The position numbers and the translations under genes were made by a program. A stretch of DNA of 48,218 nucleotides. Origin: Nemertoderma westbladi (lineage: Eukaryota > Animalia > Xenacoelomorpha). How positions within the stretch are numbered: position 1 is the stretch's first letter; each line of letters starts with the position of its first letter. Below, piece after piece: positions 11,930 to 25,800 of this stretch. The notes beneath the pieces are model-generated. The model made no database searches. It was not told the DNA's origin and saw nothing but the letters and a program-made list of their open reading frames with translations. Location of the stretch: the NCBI GenBank assembly GCA_032718475.1, contig JAUCBJ010006876.1, positions 1 to 48,218 on the forward strand, written 5' to 3'.

Positions 11930-12711
11930 CATGGAATAAAAATTTAACATCTAACAAGTTCAAAAAATCTGTTATTTTAAATTAATTCCACGTATGAAGA
12001 GGTAGCGGACGCACTACGGAAACTGCATCTAAACAATTTGCCTAATCATTAGTGGCTGAGCAGCTACGGTACCCAGGAAACAGACTCAAAGTTTATTTGT
12101 CGCTACCGTTTAGCTCTTGCAAAATGTGCACGGCTTTCTCCCTAAAGATTAAATATCCTCAGCCATATATCAAGGGTACGGGTATTGCATTCGGGAATAT
12201 TGCTTGCATACAAGCTATCTAGAGTATGGATCCAATAATTACTAAAACCAATAATAGTAAATACGTAAGTGAACTTCGTGTAGGTTAGAGACAATAGAAC
12301 ATTTCAGTTATTAATTTAATTTCATAAGGAAAACATTTTTCATAGTTTTTGTTTCTTAATTTAATTCATCCTTATTTCATGGCACCGAGCTATGTACAAA
12401 TAATCAGAAGGAAAAATTAAATGGGTATTTGAATCATTGGTGCAATGTATATATTTATTTTAGACTCCATCATGGCTTATGATAGTGATTCGAAATTGTT
12501 GAGGGAACTTGTAATAATGGTGTCGTCGCGTTTCGGCAAATGTCGCGTTTCGGCAAAATTATTTCTTTATTGCATGAGAATACATTGTGATGGAGTAGAG
12601 TACCGCGGCTGTGCCCATTGCTGGAAAGGAAATGAGGCCGGTGGCGTTAACAATAAGGTTAGTTTGTATTGTTATACTGCATTACCTTAATTGCAAATAA
12701 TAATAACACGA

Positions 12712-12908
12712 GTGGGGCCTCCGTGCATCAAAAGCTGCAAGCCATCTTAGCGAACAATTATAATTATACTATGGCTAGTTATGTATTGGCTTTCCACAAT
12801 TATGGCTTCCGACGTACACACTGACACACACACCCCCAGACTTTTAGAAAACGGCCATAGTATAATTATAACAGTTCGCTGATGGCTCGCAGTTTTGACT
12901 CGCCCCAC
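12712..12908. mobile_element. MITE-like element with imperfect ~50-60 bp TIRs
   Basis: tcaaaagctgcaagccatcttagcgaacaattataattatactatggc (~12729-12772) mirrors gccatagtataattataacagttcgctgatggctcgcagttttga (~12853-12898). Outer ends are gtgggg/ccccac. Confidence 0.6.
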
Positions 12909-14158
12909 AAATTTAATTTAGTTTCACTGCTTATGTTTGATTTGTTTCAAATATACGTGCACTGCCCTGCCATCTGTGATGCTCTCATTGTAGTTTTAGG
13001 AACGAATTACCGGAAAGAATAGGGTGACAGCTTGGAACTTTATAAATCGAAACTTAAGAGTTGAAAAGAAGTTTCTCAAGGTTCCAAGGTGGAACCTTTT
13101 TATAACAATACAAATTTTAACAATAATAATAATAAATAAACTAAATTAGTAGTTAGTATAATAAGTAGGTAGTATAATTAATCATTGTGGCCGCGATGGT
13201 TCATGGTTAATAAACTACACTTTCATTTGTGGTTGTGAAGGTTGTGATTGGATAGTGGTTAAGGTTGTAGTAGGTATTCTTAATGTTTTACTATTAATCC
13301 AAATGTACCTTTCTGAGAGAACTCTTAAATAAAATTTCCTGAAATTTTGCAGGTAGCTGTATCAACCATTCTGATAAGAGCAAGACTAAAAAAAATTAAA
13401 AATTTTAAAAAATGTTTTGTCTATGGCAATTTTCGTAAACAATGCCCGGTTTTTGACCAAAAATCGAAATTTGAGCAACTGTGTTCTTCTTAAGAAAGCA
13501 CCCAACCAACAAAATTCTAGTCATGCATGGGCCAATTGTTGTGAACATTTCCTGAAAATTTCATGAGATTTAATCTAGTAGTTCCTCGGAAAAGTGTACC
13601 TTTGTCTCTAAAAAAACACAAAAAATTACTTTTCGAGAAAAAGACATTCAAAGTTTTCAAAGCTTCCCGCCATTTTTATTGGATTATTCAAACTGGTAGT
13701 AAAATATAAATAAGTCCACCACCTGCCGAAGAATTCCTAAGAATTAGAAGGTTTTCCTGGTCGGTGAATTCATTTCTGATGTTAGTTTTTGAGTTTGACC
13801 AAATCTAGACTGTCTGTCTGTCGGTTTGTCTGTCGGTTTGTCTGTCCGTCAGTGTTGACAGACATTTCAGACAGACCGACCGACAGACATTTGGACACTT
13901 ATCCTATGCCTATAAAAGCCTGTAATCTTTGAAAAATGTTGATCTGAAATAATCGAAAAAAAATTCAAGGTTCAAATTTTTTTTTTTAATATTGTTAGGG
14001 TACCCTACAACCTTAAAGACGGCAGTAGGGTTGAGCATAGTGTAGTAGGGTTGAGCACAGTGGCAGTAGATGATGGTATTGGCAGATGGGAGGCCATGAG
14101 GAGGTAAATTGCGGACATACAAGGTATCAGATAGCATTTCCAGGTCTATCTTGTAACT

Positions 14159-14245
14159 GAGTCGCTAGCTGAATGGTTAGAGAGCGATAGACTTCCAACC
14201 CGGAGGTCACCACTTCGATCCCACCTAGACATCAATGCCGAAACA
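14159..14245 (+). mobile_element. tRNA-derived SINE head / tRNA pseudogene
   Basis: tagctgaatggttagag (A box), anticodon-like loop cttccaa, acttcgatccc (B-box-like). The acceptor stem does not pair. Confidence 0.55.
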
Positions 14246-14736
14246 AAAGTAATAATAATTATGACCAATGGCGAATTTATTATATTTATTTGTGGGGAAT
14301 TATTTGCAATTATGCACTTAAACTTTCTAAAACAACCTAATAATGACGCGGTGACATACGGGACTATGCTGGAAATGCATAGAATGCAAAATAGAAAATC
14401 CAATAAATATATATCCATATAAACATATAAATTTGGAAAATATGTCGCCCCGGCGATTTGATTTGTGCGAAATTAATAAATTACATACAATAATAAATAA
14501 TACACCCAATAGTAAATAATAAATAAAATAATATTAGTACTGTACCACCTACCTTGTATAATTGTCATAAAGAAGATCACTACAATTTTAATTATTGAAT
14601 TCAACCCTGATCTAACTCATCTAGGAATTTATCTTTATCTTTTGCAGAAACGCAACTTTATTGCCGAATCGCAACTGTTGCCGAATCGCGACAGTTGCCG
14701 AACCCGATACGCGCTGAAACCACGGTAAGTTGTCGA

Positions 14737-15252
14737 TTCCAGTACCTTAGCTTGGGTCGTGGATAGAATGCAGCAGAAAAGACAGAAGTTAGGAAAATAG
14801 AGGCATCAAGGTACAGTACCTCTATCAAAAATGGGTACCATCAGACCTCTCCCTCCAGGCACTTGAAGGCTAACTTCTTTCGTGCCACAGTGGAAAGTGT
14901 ACTTTATATCAGTGTGAGACCTTGTACACTGACTAAATCACTTGAACAACGAATTGATGGTTGCTACACAAGACTACTAAGGGCAGCCCTAAACATCAGC
15001 TGGAGACAACACATAACAAACGCCGAGCTTTATGGTACAATACCACCTGTATCAACCACCCTCCGTAAACGCAGATTAAGATTCAGTGGGCACTGCTAGA
15101 AGTAAAGACGAGGTCATACCAGATCTACTTTTCTGGCAACCAACTCATGGAAATCGTAGTCGTGGACGACCGGCCATAACATATATAGATCAACTTGAAA
15201 GGGATACTGAACTTGGGAGAAACGAAATTGCGACAACTATGGAGAATCGGGA
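14737..15252 (+). mobile_element. RTE LINE 3' fragment, same family as 8339..10500
   Basis: Near-identical to 10100-10500 (FFRATVESVL...RIDGCYTRLLRAALNI...RLRFSGHC), then continues LLFWQPTHGNRSRGRP. Confidence 0.85.
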
Positions 15253-15589
15253 AGCTCATCTATTCTGTCTATTCTCATTCTATTCACTATTCTCATTTTC
15301 AGTGTCCGAGTTCGCTCGTTCTAGTAGTAGTAATTGTAAACAAAGATATGCACACTTAGATTAGAGAGTCGGGGATTTGGCTTCCTAATTTTATTTAATT
15401 ATTTTATAAATAATCTAACCAACTCACGAACCTCTCTGACTATTAACTTAATTTATGCCGACTATATTTGTTTAATTACTATTAATCCTTGCGCTCTTGC
15501 ACCCTCTTAATCCGAAGAAATCGAAGTTTCTCCAGAGAAAATGTAGAGTACTTAATAGATTAATCCCGCCAAAATTAAGTTGGACTCTT

Positions 15590-15900
15590 TAAGTCTCAGT
15601 TACGTAACTAGTTTTAAGTATCTAGGGCATACTGTATCTGGTTAAATTTTTCTTCGCGATCTACAGTATAGGTTACTCTATGTCAGGTCGAACATATTAA
15701 TTAGACGATTTGGAAGCCGTTCAGATAGTGTCAAGGTCGCTAATAGTAAATGACAACAGTTTACTGCTGTTCGTTGTGGACTAATATGGGATATTACATA
15801 TTTTACTTCAACAAACTAAGTCTATAAATCAGTGTGTGTTAGGCATTCAAACCGGCCACTATCTGAAATTAACGCTACATTTAATTAAACAGTTAACTTT
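15590..15900 (+). pseudogene. Degenerate non-LTR RT C-terminal fragment (RTEX-like)
   Basis: Broken frames read YVTSFKYLGHTVS...YVRSNILIRRFGSRSDSVKV...YCCSLW. Confidence 0.45.
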
Positions 15901-16646
15901 GCTACTTAGCTACTTATAACTTTGCTACTTATAAATGGCTTTATTTTAAATTCCGTTTTAATATTTCTATTTCTAGAGTGCAATAATAGTGCAAATTTTA
16001 TTTAGTTAATTATTTTTCCTTACCTATAATATATTGTGCCAGTATTTTAGATATCACCTTCACTGTTGAATTAAATAAATAAATAATAATAGTAATAATA
16101 ATATTTAGAGTGCAATAATATTTATTTCGCGACTAAACAAATATTATGCACTTAAAAACACACTTATTGCTCGCAAGAGTCATTCAACTTACACAATGTC
16201 CCTTAGTGACAACTATCCAGCCCCTATAATGAGGTCCCTGTTAATTATTTTCTTCATTTGTGTTGTTACTCATCAGTTGAAATGGACGCGGTTACATTTG
16301 ATATAAAGTCGGCTATATTACAATGAATTTTCTACTATACTAAAATCCATATCCTGTTTAAGGATGTCACGATTCTACAGTCGAAAAAAAAATTATGTCC
16401 TAACGAGGACTGTAATAACCCCTCTGGGGGGAGGGGGGGAGGTTCATCGGGATTTCTGCTCTTGTTTTAATTGGATCAGAATTGCAGGAGACAACGTAAA
16501 ACAGGATAATCGTTTCTCCAATCACAGCCAAGGACAATCGGTGGTAAAGTACGTGCTGAATAAAAGTTAGAAGTCCTTAAAACTAGTTTTAGTTTTTTAA
16601 TTACTCGGAAATATCTACGAATTAATTACAATTTTTCTTTGTAATT

Positions 16647-16868
16647 ATGAATTTTACCGGTAATGCGACAACAGAAGGGACGAGGAGGTTCATTGTAAAG
16701 GCAATTCCTACCATTCTGGATGACCAGCCCTTTTGGGTGCCCATCTATATGGTCGTCAACACAACCATTGCTGTCGTAATCGTCATCTTTAACGTCGTAG
16801 TACTCGTCGCTGTTATTCGGCAGAAGAAACTACACACCCCAACCAACTATCATATATGTTCTTTGGCA
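16647..16868 (+). CDS. GPCR exon 1 (N-terminus, TM1, start of TM2)
   Basis: MNFTGNAT (N-glycosylation sequons)...IFNVVVLVAVIRQKKLHTPTNYHICSLA, then donor gtaagt. Confidence 0.9.
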
Positions 16869-19800
16869 GTAAGTGTGAATGGTGTTATTGGTAGTAGTAT
16901 TTACAGCACATTACCTACTGTACCTTGTTAAAAATAAATCCTCCAATTCAAAGGAGTTTTACCATATTTTGTTGCAAAATACTGTACAGGACACTGTAGG
17001 TACAGTAATGTTCGGCGTTTATAGGAAAATAAACCAACTTATTTGAGGCAAAAATGAAAAATGCTAATAGCTTTTTTAATTTATGACGCCAAGATGTCAA
17101 TTTGACTTAGATTATAACCAAATTCTATTTCAAACTCCAACGCAAGATATACATATTTGGGTCACGTTGGAGAAAGTTTTCCATGCAAAAAATTGTTATT
17201 GAAAAATAGCAGCAGACTATATTTAAATTGACTACCTATTAACAGTTTGGATATTTTTCTGATATGATAAAGTGAACGGTAGTTGAGAGTGATAGTCGAT
17301 CAAGCATCATTGGCAGACTTAGATCAAATTGGTTGACTTTCGGAAAGTGTAGACAGTCTGTAGTGCTGCGAAGAAAAATATCCGTAAAGATGAAAACAGG
17401 AAGGATGTGTCCTCAGAATTGCTATAAATTATATCCGGAGAAGAAACATGGATGATAGAGTTACTAATAATTCCGCAAATAATGTGAAAGAGTGAACCGA
17501 GCACACAGACATCGCAAATAATTTCATCGCGAATAACTAATATACTAATGCTAATACTTGTTTAATACAAAAAGGGATGGGATATATTATTATTATTAAT
17601 AAAATATAAAAAAAACATATACAAATAAATTATCTCAGGTACGAACTTGTTAGTGAGATGTTTTGACAGATTCATCATGACCAGTGGATATATAGAGGGA
17701 AATATAGACCGATGATTGAACCGATGTGATTGGTTAGTGATGGACTTTCCTTCAAAACAAAGTCACTCATTGGACCACTATGACGATAACATAGTCGAAC
17801 ATTGAAAGTTCATGGCTGTCCGTCATTCTGGGCGGCTTAAAATCAGCTAAAATATATAATATAATGGTCAACTGATTACAATGTTCGAAATATAAGTGAG
17901 AACTTAATTATTAATTATATAATTTTATTCCTTTGGATTCATTAATAGGACATTGTATCTATAAGATAATTAAAGTTTCTTTATCTTACCAGAAACTTTT
18001 TATTTTTATGTTTAATAGGCAGTAGTACCCTGACTACTATTATAGGCCCACCAATATAATTTATTGTATTTCCCAAGAGAGACTGGTAAGCCAGCTACTT
18101 AGCGATATTAGCCAGAAACTTAGCGATCTTAGAATCCGATTAATTTGATTGAGGAGTACGATTTAGTTACAAAAGAAGATGACTTTAATGTCTTTAATCT
18201 TTACAAAGAATGGATTAGGGTGTAGCATTGAGGTACATGAAGTGGTCATAAACACAGCGCAAATGAAAATGTTAATTGGCAAAGTAAGTGGATTAATAGG
18301 TTGTGTGTTGAGAATTTTATATGAAGCAAATAAAGTAACAACAGTCTGGGCCGTATTAACGGCGGGACTTTTGGGCCTGCAGACCCGGGCCCCAAGCGGT
18401 TATGGGGGCCCCAAAATAACAACAATATTATTTCAATCATTATTATAATTATTGTTATTTTAATTATTATATTAAATAAACAATATAATATATTAAGTGT
18501 TCTAAAATATCTTATCAATCCCTTTCAATTCAAATTGACAGAGCTGGAATTAAGTGCTCCCAAACCGGGCCACAAAGTATATAGCCCTTAACCTGTTATT
18601 AAAAAACTCAGATATTCCAAAATTGCAATTTGTGGCTGGTTGCGAGAAAAGGGACCTGGGGAAAAAATGTTCATTCTGAGAAAAACGCGTTTAAAGTTTG
18701 GCTCTTAAAATCGACTGTTTTCATTGGTTTATTGGTCGTTATTGGGTTTTATTAGAGCGAAATTCAAACTGTATTATACTAGTAATAGTACTAAGCACCG
18801 TATACACTTGTTATTTTAGATTATCGTAGAATATCTGTAGCCTATTCGGATAGTTATTGTACAAACAAGTTAATACACGAATTATTTAGAATTTATTATG
18901 GAAACTGAAGCAGAGTGGCTGAACCTATTAAATAATAGGGTTTTCAGGTCGCTGATCATGATAAAACTTGTTAAAAATATTTTTTGGAAAAGCAACCATC
19001 ATTTTTTGTGCTATTTTGGTCCACCGGTATGAAAAGTACAAGTAAAAAAATGTCAACATAAAAAAATTTGTGTTTGGTTTGATAATTCTGAACGTATGTG
19101 TTTTCGAGGTCGCTGATTACGATGAAACTAGTTATAAATATTTCTGGTAATGCAAACCCAATTTTGGTGCTATTCTAATGCCCCAGAACGAAAATTACAA
19201 GTAGCACAAACTTATAAGCTGTCAAATTATGCCTATGATTTGGTAATTCTGAAGCTATACTGGTTTCAAGGTAGCTGATCACGATATAACACGTTACAAA
19301 TCATTCGTGGTAACGCAACTGATTTTGAACAAAATTTTGGTGCTTTTCTGTTGGGACGAAAATTACAAGTAGCAAACATTTCAAATTGCAAAAAGCGAAT
19401 TTGGTTGGATAATACGATATTTTTGAGTGTCATATTCGTTATCAGTGTCCCAGAAAACCCATAATGTCTAAAATTCAGGTTGATTTGGTAATGATTTTTG
19501 GTCATCAAACTTTTGCTACTTGTATTTTTCGTGCCGCACATTCACACATATCGAAAAAATTGTTTTAATTCGTGATCAGCATTCCAAAAAAACCATATGT
19601 TCATAAAATCAATTTAATTTTGTGGTGATTTTTCATTATCATATTTGCACTACGATTTTTTTTCGTGCCCCAAAGGGCACATTCAAAATTACCAAAAATA
19701 TTCTAGAATGTTATATTTGAGTTCAATATTTGTGATCAGTGTCCAAAAAAACCGCTATATATAGCGCAAAAAATTAATTTTAGTGAATTATAAAAACATT

Positions 19801-22800
19801 CGAAAATTTTAGCACGAAAAATACATGAGATGGATGCCAGAATGGACCACATCAAAAAATTAACATTGGTTGCGAGAAAAGGGACCTGCGTTTTTAATTT
19901 TTTGTTTAAACTCTCATAACTTTTTAACGAAAAACGATATGAAAAAACTAGTTCGATATTCGGAAAGCCCAGAAAATTCTGCATCTAATAGGCCTAAAAA
20001 CGCAAAATCGACCATGTGGTCCCCAGGTCCCTTTTCTCGCAACCAGCCACATTTGCATTTTAAAAAAAATACCCTCCCCACTTCGCTCTCATATACTTTA
20101 CCTTCATTCAGATAATTAATTGGTTTGAGTGGAATATTGGAACATCTGTGGAATACTTTTAAAGAATTTCCTGCTGCATTTTTATCTTAGTTGTGGGCCT
20201 ATATTTGAAACATGCAATTATCGCACAATCTAGTATTTTTCCGGGCCTGAGCATTAGACTGTCCGAACTGCGGCAGCGCTAGTGTGCATTTGTTGTTGTG
20301 TAAACCTGTACTTTGAAATTTGTATGAATTAGTGTTGCAATGGGATCGCATATTTCCCACATAATGTACTTCATCGCACATACGTTTTTAATATAATTTC
20401 TGAAACATTTTTTAATATAATATTTACTGCAGTCTGACTGAATCGTTGACCATAAAATGTTTATCATATTCAATAAATAGCAACAAGTTTTTCTATTATT
20501 TATAATATAGACATTCATTTATATAAAATATATCTTTAGCACTGTAGGTAGTTGTAAAAGCAAAACTGTAACTTATTATTTTACTTTATTATTCATTAAT
20601 ATCGCTTTTTGTCATGAATTTTTGATTTTGTAAAAATTTAACATTTTTAAACAATTTTACAAATTTTAAGCGGCAGGGCATATAAATTCAGATATAGCAA
20701 TAGTATTATTAACTTTGTCACAAATATTAACTTTGCCGCAAAAAGTTATGCGAGTAATAAATAATAGGACATTGACAGTTAGCCCATGTATAACATACTC
20801 AATTACATTACATAATATTATTGTTTCGGGTTTCCAGTTTTATATGCGACTTGTGTACAAACTTTAATTTAAATATGAAGTATTTATGAATGATCACGAT
20901 TGTATATAATTTAGTATTACTGTAATGCGGCGATAAGAAGAAATCTCGTGACATAAAACTGAAGACCTATATGACTAAATAGATTCCATATACTGCATAC
21001 TAAAGCTATTTCCTGTGCTAGCAAAGTACCATACCTACTGTATAATCGGATAAGTGCCGGTATATAATTAATAATTACTCTGTCCTCTTATTACACTTCT
21101 AAGGTATCATTTTTTTCCCCAAGCAAGTATTTGTTCCCCCAAGCTTGACACTAGAACAAAATCGCCTCCGCTTTGCAGGACATTGCTTTCGCCGTGAGGA
21201 TCAGCCAGTGCATAATCTTGTACTTTGGCAGCCTCATGGAGTGAATAAGCATGGTGGACAGCCCATGACTTTCTTGAGACGCATCTTAAAGGACACTGGC
21301 CTTAAAGATGCGGATGATCTAGCAAATGTCATGGGTGATAGGGAGTTGTGGCGGTGCAATTTTGTTGACAAGCCGGCACAGCATTCTTAAAAATGCAGCT
21401 GCAATGCAGCATGCCGATCCTAGTAGTAAGGTATCATCTCCTTCTTCAAGGACAGTGATCTTTAAGAGGCGTCTCAAAAAGTTCATGGGCTGTTAACCTG
21501 ATGTTCAGTCACCCTTATTCATTACGCTCCTTCTTTACTTCTGGCGTAGATATCTTTCTTGGAAACAGCCACGTCAATATGTTTTAGTTTTCTGAAACAA
21601 AAAACAACGATTTTCTTTTTTTTACTATTATCGTTAGTCTGTCAGTACGACATTCCATGCTAATTCTCCAATCATGCTTCACGCTAACTAACTGTATGCT
21701 ACTCTCTTCTATCTCCGTTCGTATCTATGTTCGTGACAGGATATAATATAATAATTTACAGGTTTGCGACATGATGGTTGGTCTTATCAACTTTCCCCTT
21801 CTCATCGCTCTCGACTTCATTGGCGACAATTACTACTATTACACTAACATACATTGGTGTCGTCTTTTTGTTTACATTCAACGTGTATCATCCTTGGCGA
21901 CTGTGGTAACTATGGTTGGAATTGCCATCGAAAGGTATGTTCGTAATAAATATGTAGTTTTCTTAGTGGGTTAATTTTTGAGGATATTTTTTTTTACTTT
22001 CTCCTGCATTAAAAGTTGAAATGTGTATTATATAATTATTATAACTATTCAATAACTTTACGACTTCACTATACATCGTGTTTCTTCCACAGTGCTCAAA
22101 GTCAACCCCCCGGCGATAATATTCTGAATTAAAAGCTGCAAAATCTTTTAAGACAAATCATATGGTAAATAATAATAAAAATAAATAAACATTTTTATAG
22201 CGCCAACATTACGGTATAGTATTCCGTGGTGTTAAGCAATCTCTGAGATGCATCTCGGCATCACGGTGTCTCTCTGCAGAAATTAGCTAATGTTAAAATA
22301 TACTGTATATATTTAACCAATTAATTGTTACGACGTGCATACTTAAAAGGTAGTGCATTAAAGTTCGGTGAAAATGTTAAGTAAATGACTAGAAAAGTTA
22401 GAGCCGAGAGAACATAATATGTGTTGTTAGTTTGATTTAAAAACTGTGGTTGACTGAATTTCTCCTATCGACGTCGGTATCTTATTCCACAGTGTAGCAG
22501 CGGAACCAGTTAAAGCAGTTAAAGCCGTTAGGATTATTTTGAATTCAATGCGTTTGCGCACGGTTCTTTGAAGGTTTTTTGGGGATATATGGTCATACAT
22601 AATATGAATACCTGTAAATATTCTAGCAGCAGTGTTTTGAACTCGTTGCAGCCTGATCCATAAATATAGCCTGTGAATGTTGATGTCGTTCCACCTGAGG
22701 TATTCAAGATCCATGAATACGTACTCCTAATCCATCACATTCGCCAAGAAATACCGTACCAAAGGTCGCATGAACCAGAAATGAGGACTAACTCGGCTCG

Positions 22801-25800
22801 CTCTCCCTAAGAAAGGTAACCTAAGACTATATGGGATATATTGAGGAATCAGCCTTATTTCCATTGCATCTAATCTATTAAACTAAATAAGTTTGAACCG
22901 TAAGACTGTTGGAAGGCTCCTGGGTGGCAATATAAATTGGTTCTGAAAAGTAGAGATACCCTAAACCTGCTACTTCGGTACATCATTCAGGTATTTTCTA
23001 CTACGGGGAAGACGGGCATCTATCCATCATCGTTTTAGACTTATCTTACTGTGTTTCAAGCGCTCTCATGTACGAGATCCGTGAGGCCTATCAATATCAA
23101 ATAACCGACAATGTATTCGCTTCAATCAAACTTTTGTATCAAATCTTTGTATTATGGCCCCACATAGTTTGTCTGTATACAACATATGGAGGGAGATAGA
23201 GACCCATTTTAAGTTTTATTCCGTGCAGTTATATGGTAGTCACTGCTGGCCTCTTACTGCAGAAATCCCTTGTTCGATCATACATCATGATTCTATGCAG
23301 GGTTGTTAGTTGAATAATATACAACGCTAACGTAAAAATTGTATAATCATAATAACATCTTAATTTAATAATTTTTCCATATACTCCACTGAGGTTTACC
23401 GGGTTGATCGCACAAGGCAAGCTGGAGTTAGACGCATAAACAGGTCATGGCATTAACTTAACGATTAAGCGCTAACAATGTATTATATATTGCAATATAT
23501 GCAATATATTTTCTGGAGAGGATCCAGGTGTCCAAGTTATATATGCTATGCTTTTGCTTTGCTTTACTTGCTAGACACTGTTAATTAAAATTTTGAGAAT
23601 TGGGTCCTTCCCTCCCAAGACATGAGCTCAAGTGCACAAAATGAATTAAAATATTGTATGGCAATATGTGCATAATAAAACCCAATCTCCTAATCTATTA
23701 TGAATAAAGGCGACATAAAATGAGGGAGTGTAATTTTATGGGGTGTGAAACGGAACATTAGGTACTTTTTCCCAGAAAGACAGTCTTGATAATGCAGATC
23801 AATTGGGGACTCACATGGGTGATCACGAACTGTTGGAGTGTTGCGGAGCCGGAGGCGGTTGGGGTTGCATCCTAATGATTTATGCCGATGTATGGAGGTT
23901 TGCACGTTAATGCTCGCTGCAGGAATTTGTCTACCTACCACAATTTATCAAACCTCTGGATAGGGTGTATGTCGCATTGTCCGAGTGGATACAGCGCCTT
24001 AGCTGCTATCACAATAGTGTTTGATGGCGCAGGTTCGAATCGGACTAAAGGCGGTAGAAGTTTCACACTGCTGTGTCCATAGGCAAGACAATTAAGTAAT
24101 TAGTTCTTACGCAAACCCAGCGGTAGAATGGGTACATAGCTTCTGCTGTGGGAGTAAACAAATTCTTGGATAATTTATTACGGAGCGTCCAGTCCACTCT
24201 TATAGGTAACAGCCATAAGAAAAGACCATTCGGGTAGCGTCCAGCCAGTGTTACCATCCAGTGTTTCGTGCTTCACAGATTCACAGGTAAACCTACCTAC
24301 TGGCTCTCTTACAGTTTGCCGTGCCACCTATATATATTCAAAATAATTCTATTTAGGTTCTATGTAGGTGCAATGATTGACTTAAAAACATTATGATAGA
24401 TAGATATTAGGCCTACATTTTATGAAATTAAATTACTTTTTTATTTGCCTGTGTCGCATGTTTGTGGAGATACCGATTTTCTACAGCATAAAAATATGTA
24501 ATGAAATAATATAATAAATATGTAATGAAATAATTTAATAAATATGTAATGAAATAATATAATAAATATGTAATGAAATAATATAATAAATATGTAATGA
24601 AATAATATAATAAATATGTAATGAAATAATATAATAAATATGTAATGAAATAATATAATAAATATGTAATGAAATAATATAATAAATAAGTAATGAAATA
24701 ATATAATAAATATGTAATGAAATAATATAATAAATATGTAATGAAATAATATAATAAATATGTAATGAAATAATATAATAAATATGTAATGAAATAATAT
24801 AATAAATATGTAATGAAATAATATCATAAATATGTAATGAAAAAATATAAAAAATGTGTAATGAAATAATATAATAAATATGTAATGAAATAATATAATA
24901 AATATGTAATGAAATAATAGAATAAATATGTAATGAAATAATATAATAAATATGTAATGAAATAATATAATAAATATGTAATGAAATAATATATTAAATA
25001 TGTAATGAAATAATATAATAAATATGTAATGAAATAATATAATAAATATGTAATGAAATAATATAATAAATATGTAATGAAATAATATAATAAATATGTA
25101 ATGAAATAATATCATAAATATGTAATGAAAAAATATAAAAAATGTGTAATGAAATAATATAATAAATATGTAATGAAATAATATAATAAATATGTAATGA
25201 AATAATATAATAAATATGTAATGAAATAATATAATAATATGTAATGAAATAATATAATAAATATGTAATGAAATAATATAATAAATATGTAATGAAATAA
25301 TATAATAAATATGTAATGAAATAATATAATAAATATGTAATGAAATAATATAATAAATATGTAATGAAATAAGCAATTTGTTGAATATTTTACAGGTTCA
25401 GAGCAATAAAATTCCCACTGAGACAGAAATGGGGCCTAAAGGAATCGATTGTTATGATTGTTCTAGAATGGGTGATATCGCTATCGTTCCCATTGTATCG
25501 GATATTCGTTTACGAGATGCAGGATTTCGGTTACGCAGTATTCTGCGATATCCGTCCAGATCTTCTAGAATGGAGGGCGGTTTTGGAGACAGCGCTTGAA
25601 TTTTCTGGTAAGGTTTTTATTACATGATATATAACATTCGTGTTGTAGGACTGGTGACATTTTAAGCTTTATGGTAGTTAAGGTCATGTAACCATCCAAT
25701 GCGGGGATCAAAAAATGCACTAAATATTTAATATTAAGCAAAACTAATTGAAATGTGCAATACCTAAGTAAACGAAAAATATCCATAAATGTACAAAATT

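Noticed and set aside
14159-14232. Functional tRNA gene
   Set aside because: The cloverleaf stems do not pair properly, so it is better explained as a SINE head. The same applies to 8212 and 23970.
24492-25372. Possible CRISPR array
   Set aside because: Head-to-tail units with no unique spacers, no cas genes, and a eukaryotic intron context.
24441-25376. 311-aa minus-strand ORF (IILFHYIF repeats)
   Set aside because: It is the translation of the 24-bp minisatellite, which happens to lack stops in that frame.
25378-25599. 73-aa + ORF in the track
   Set aside because: Wrong frame. The GPCR exon 3 frame overlaps it and fits the splice phases.
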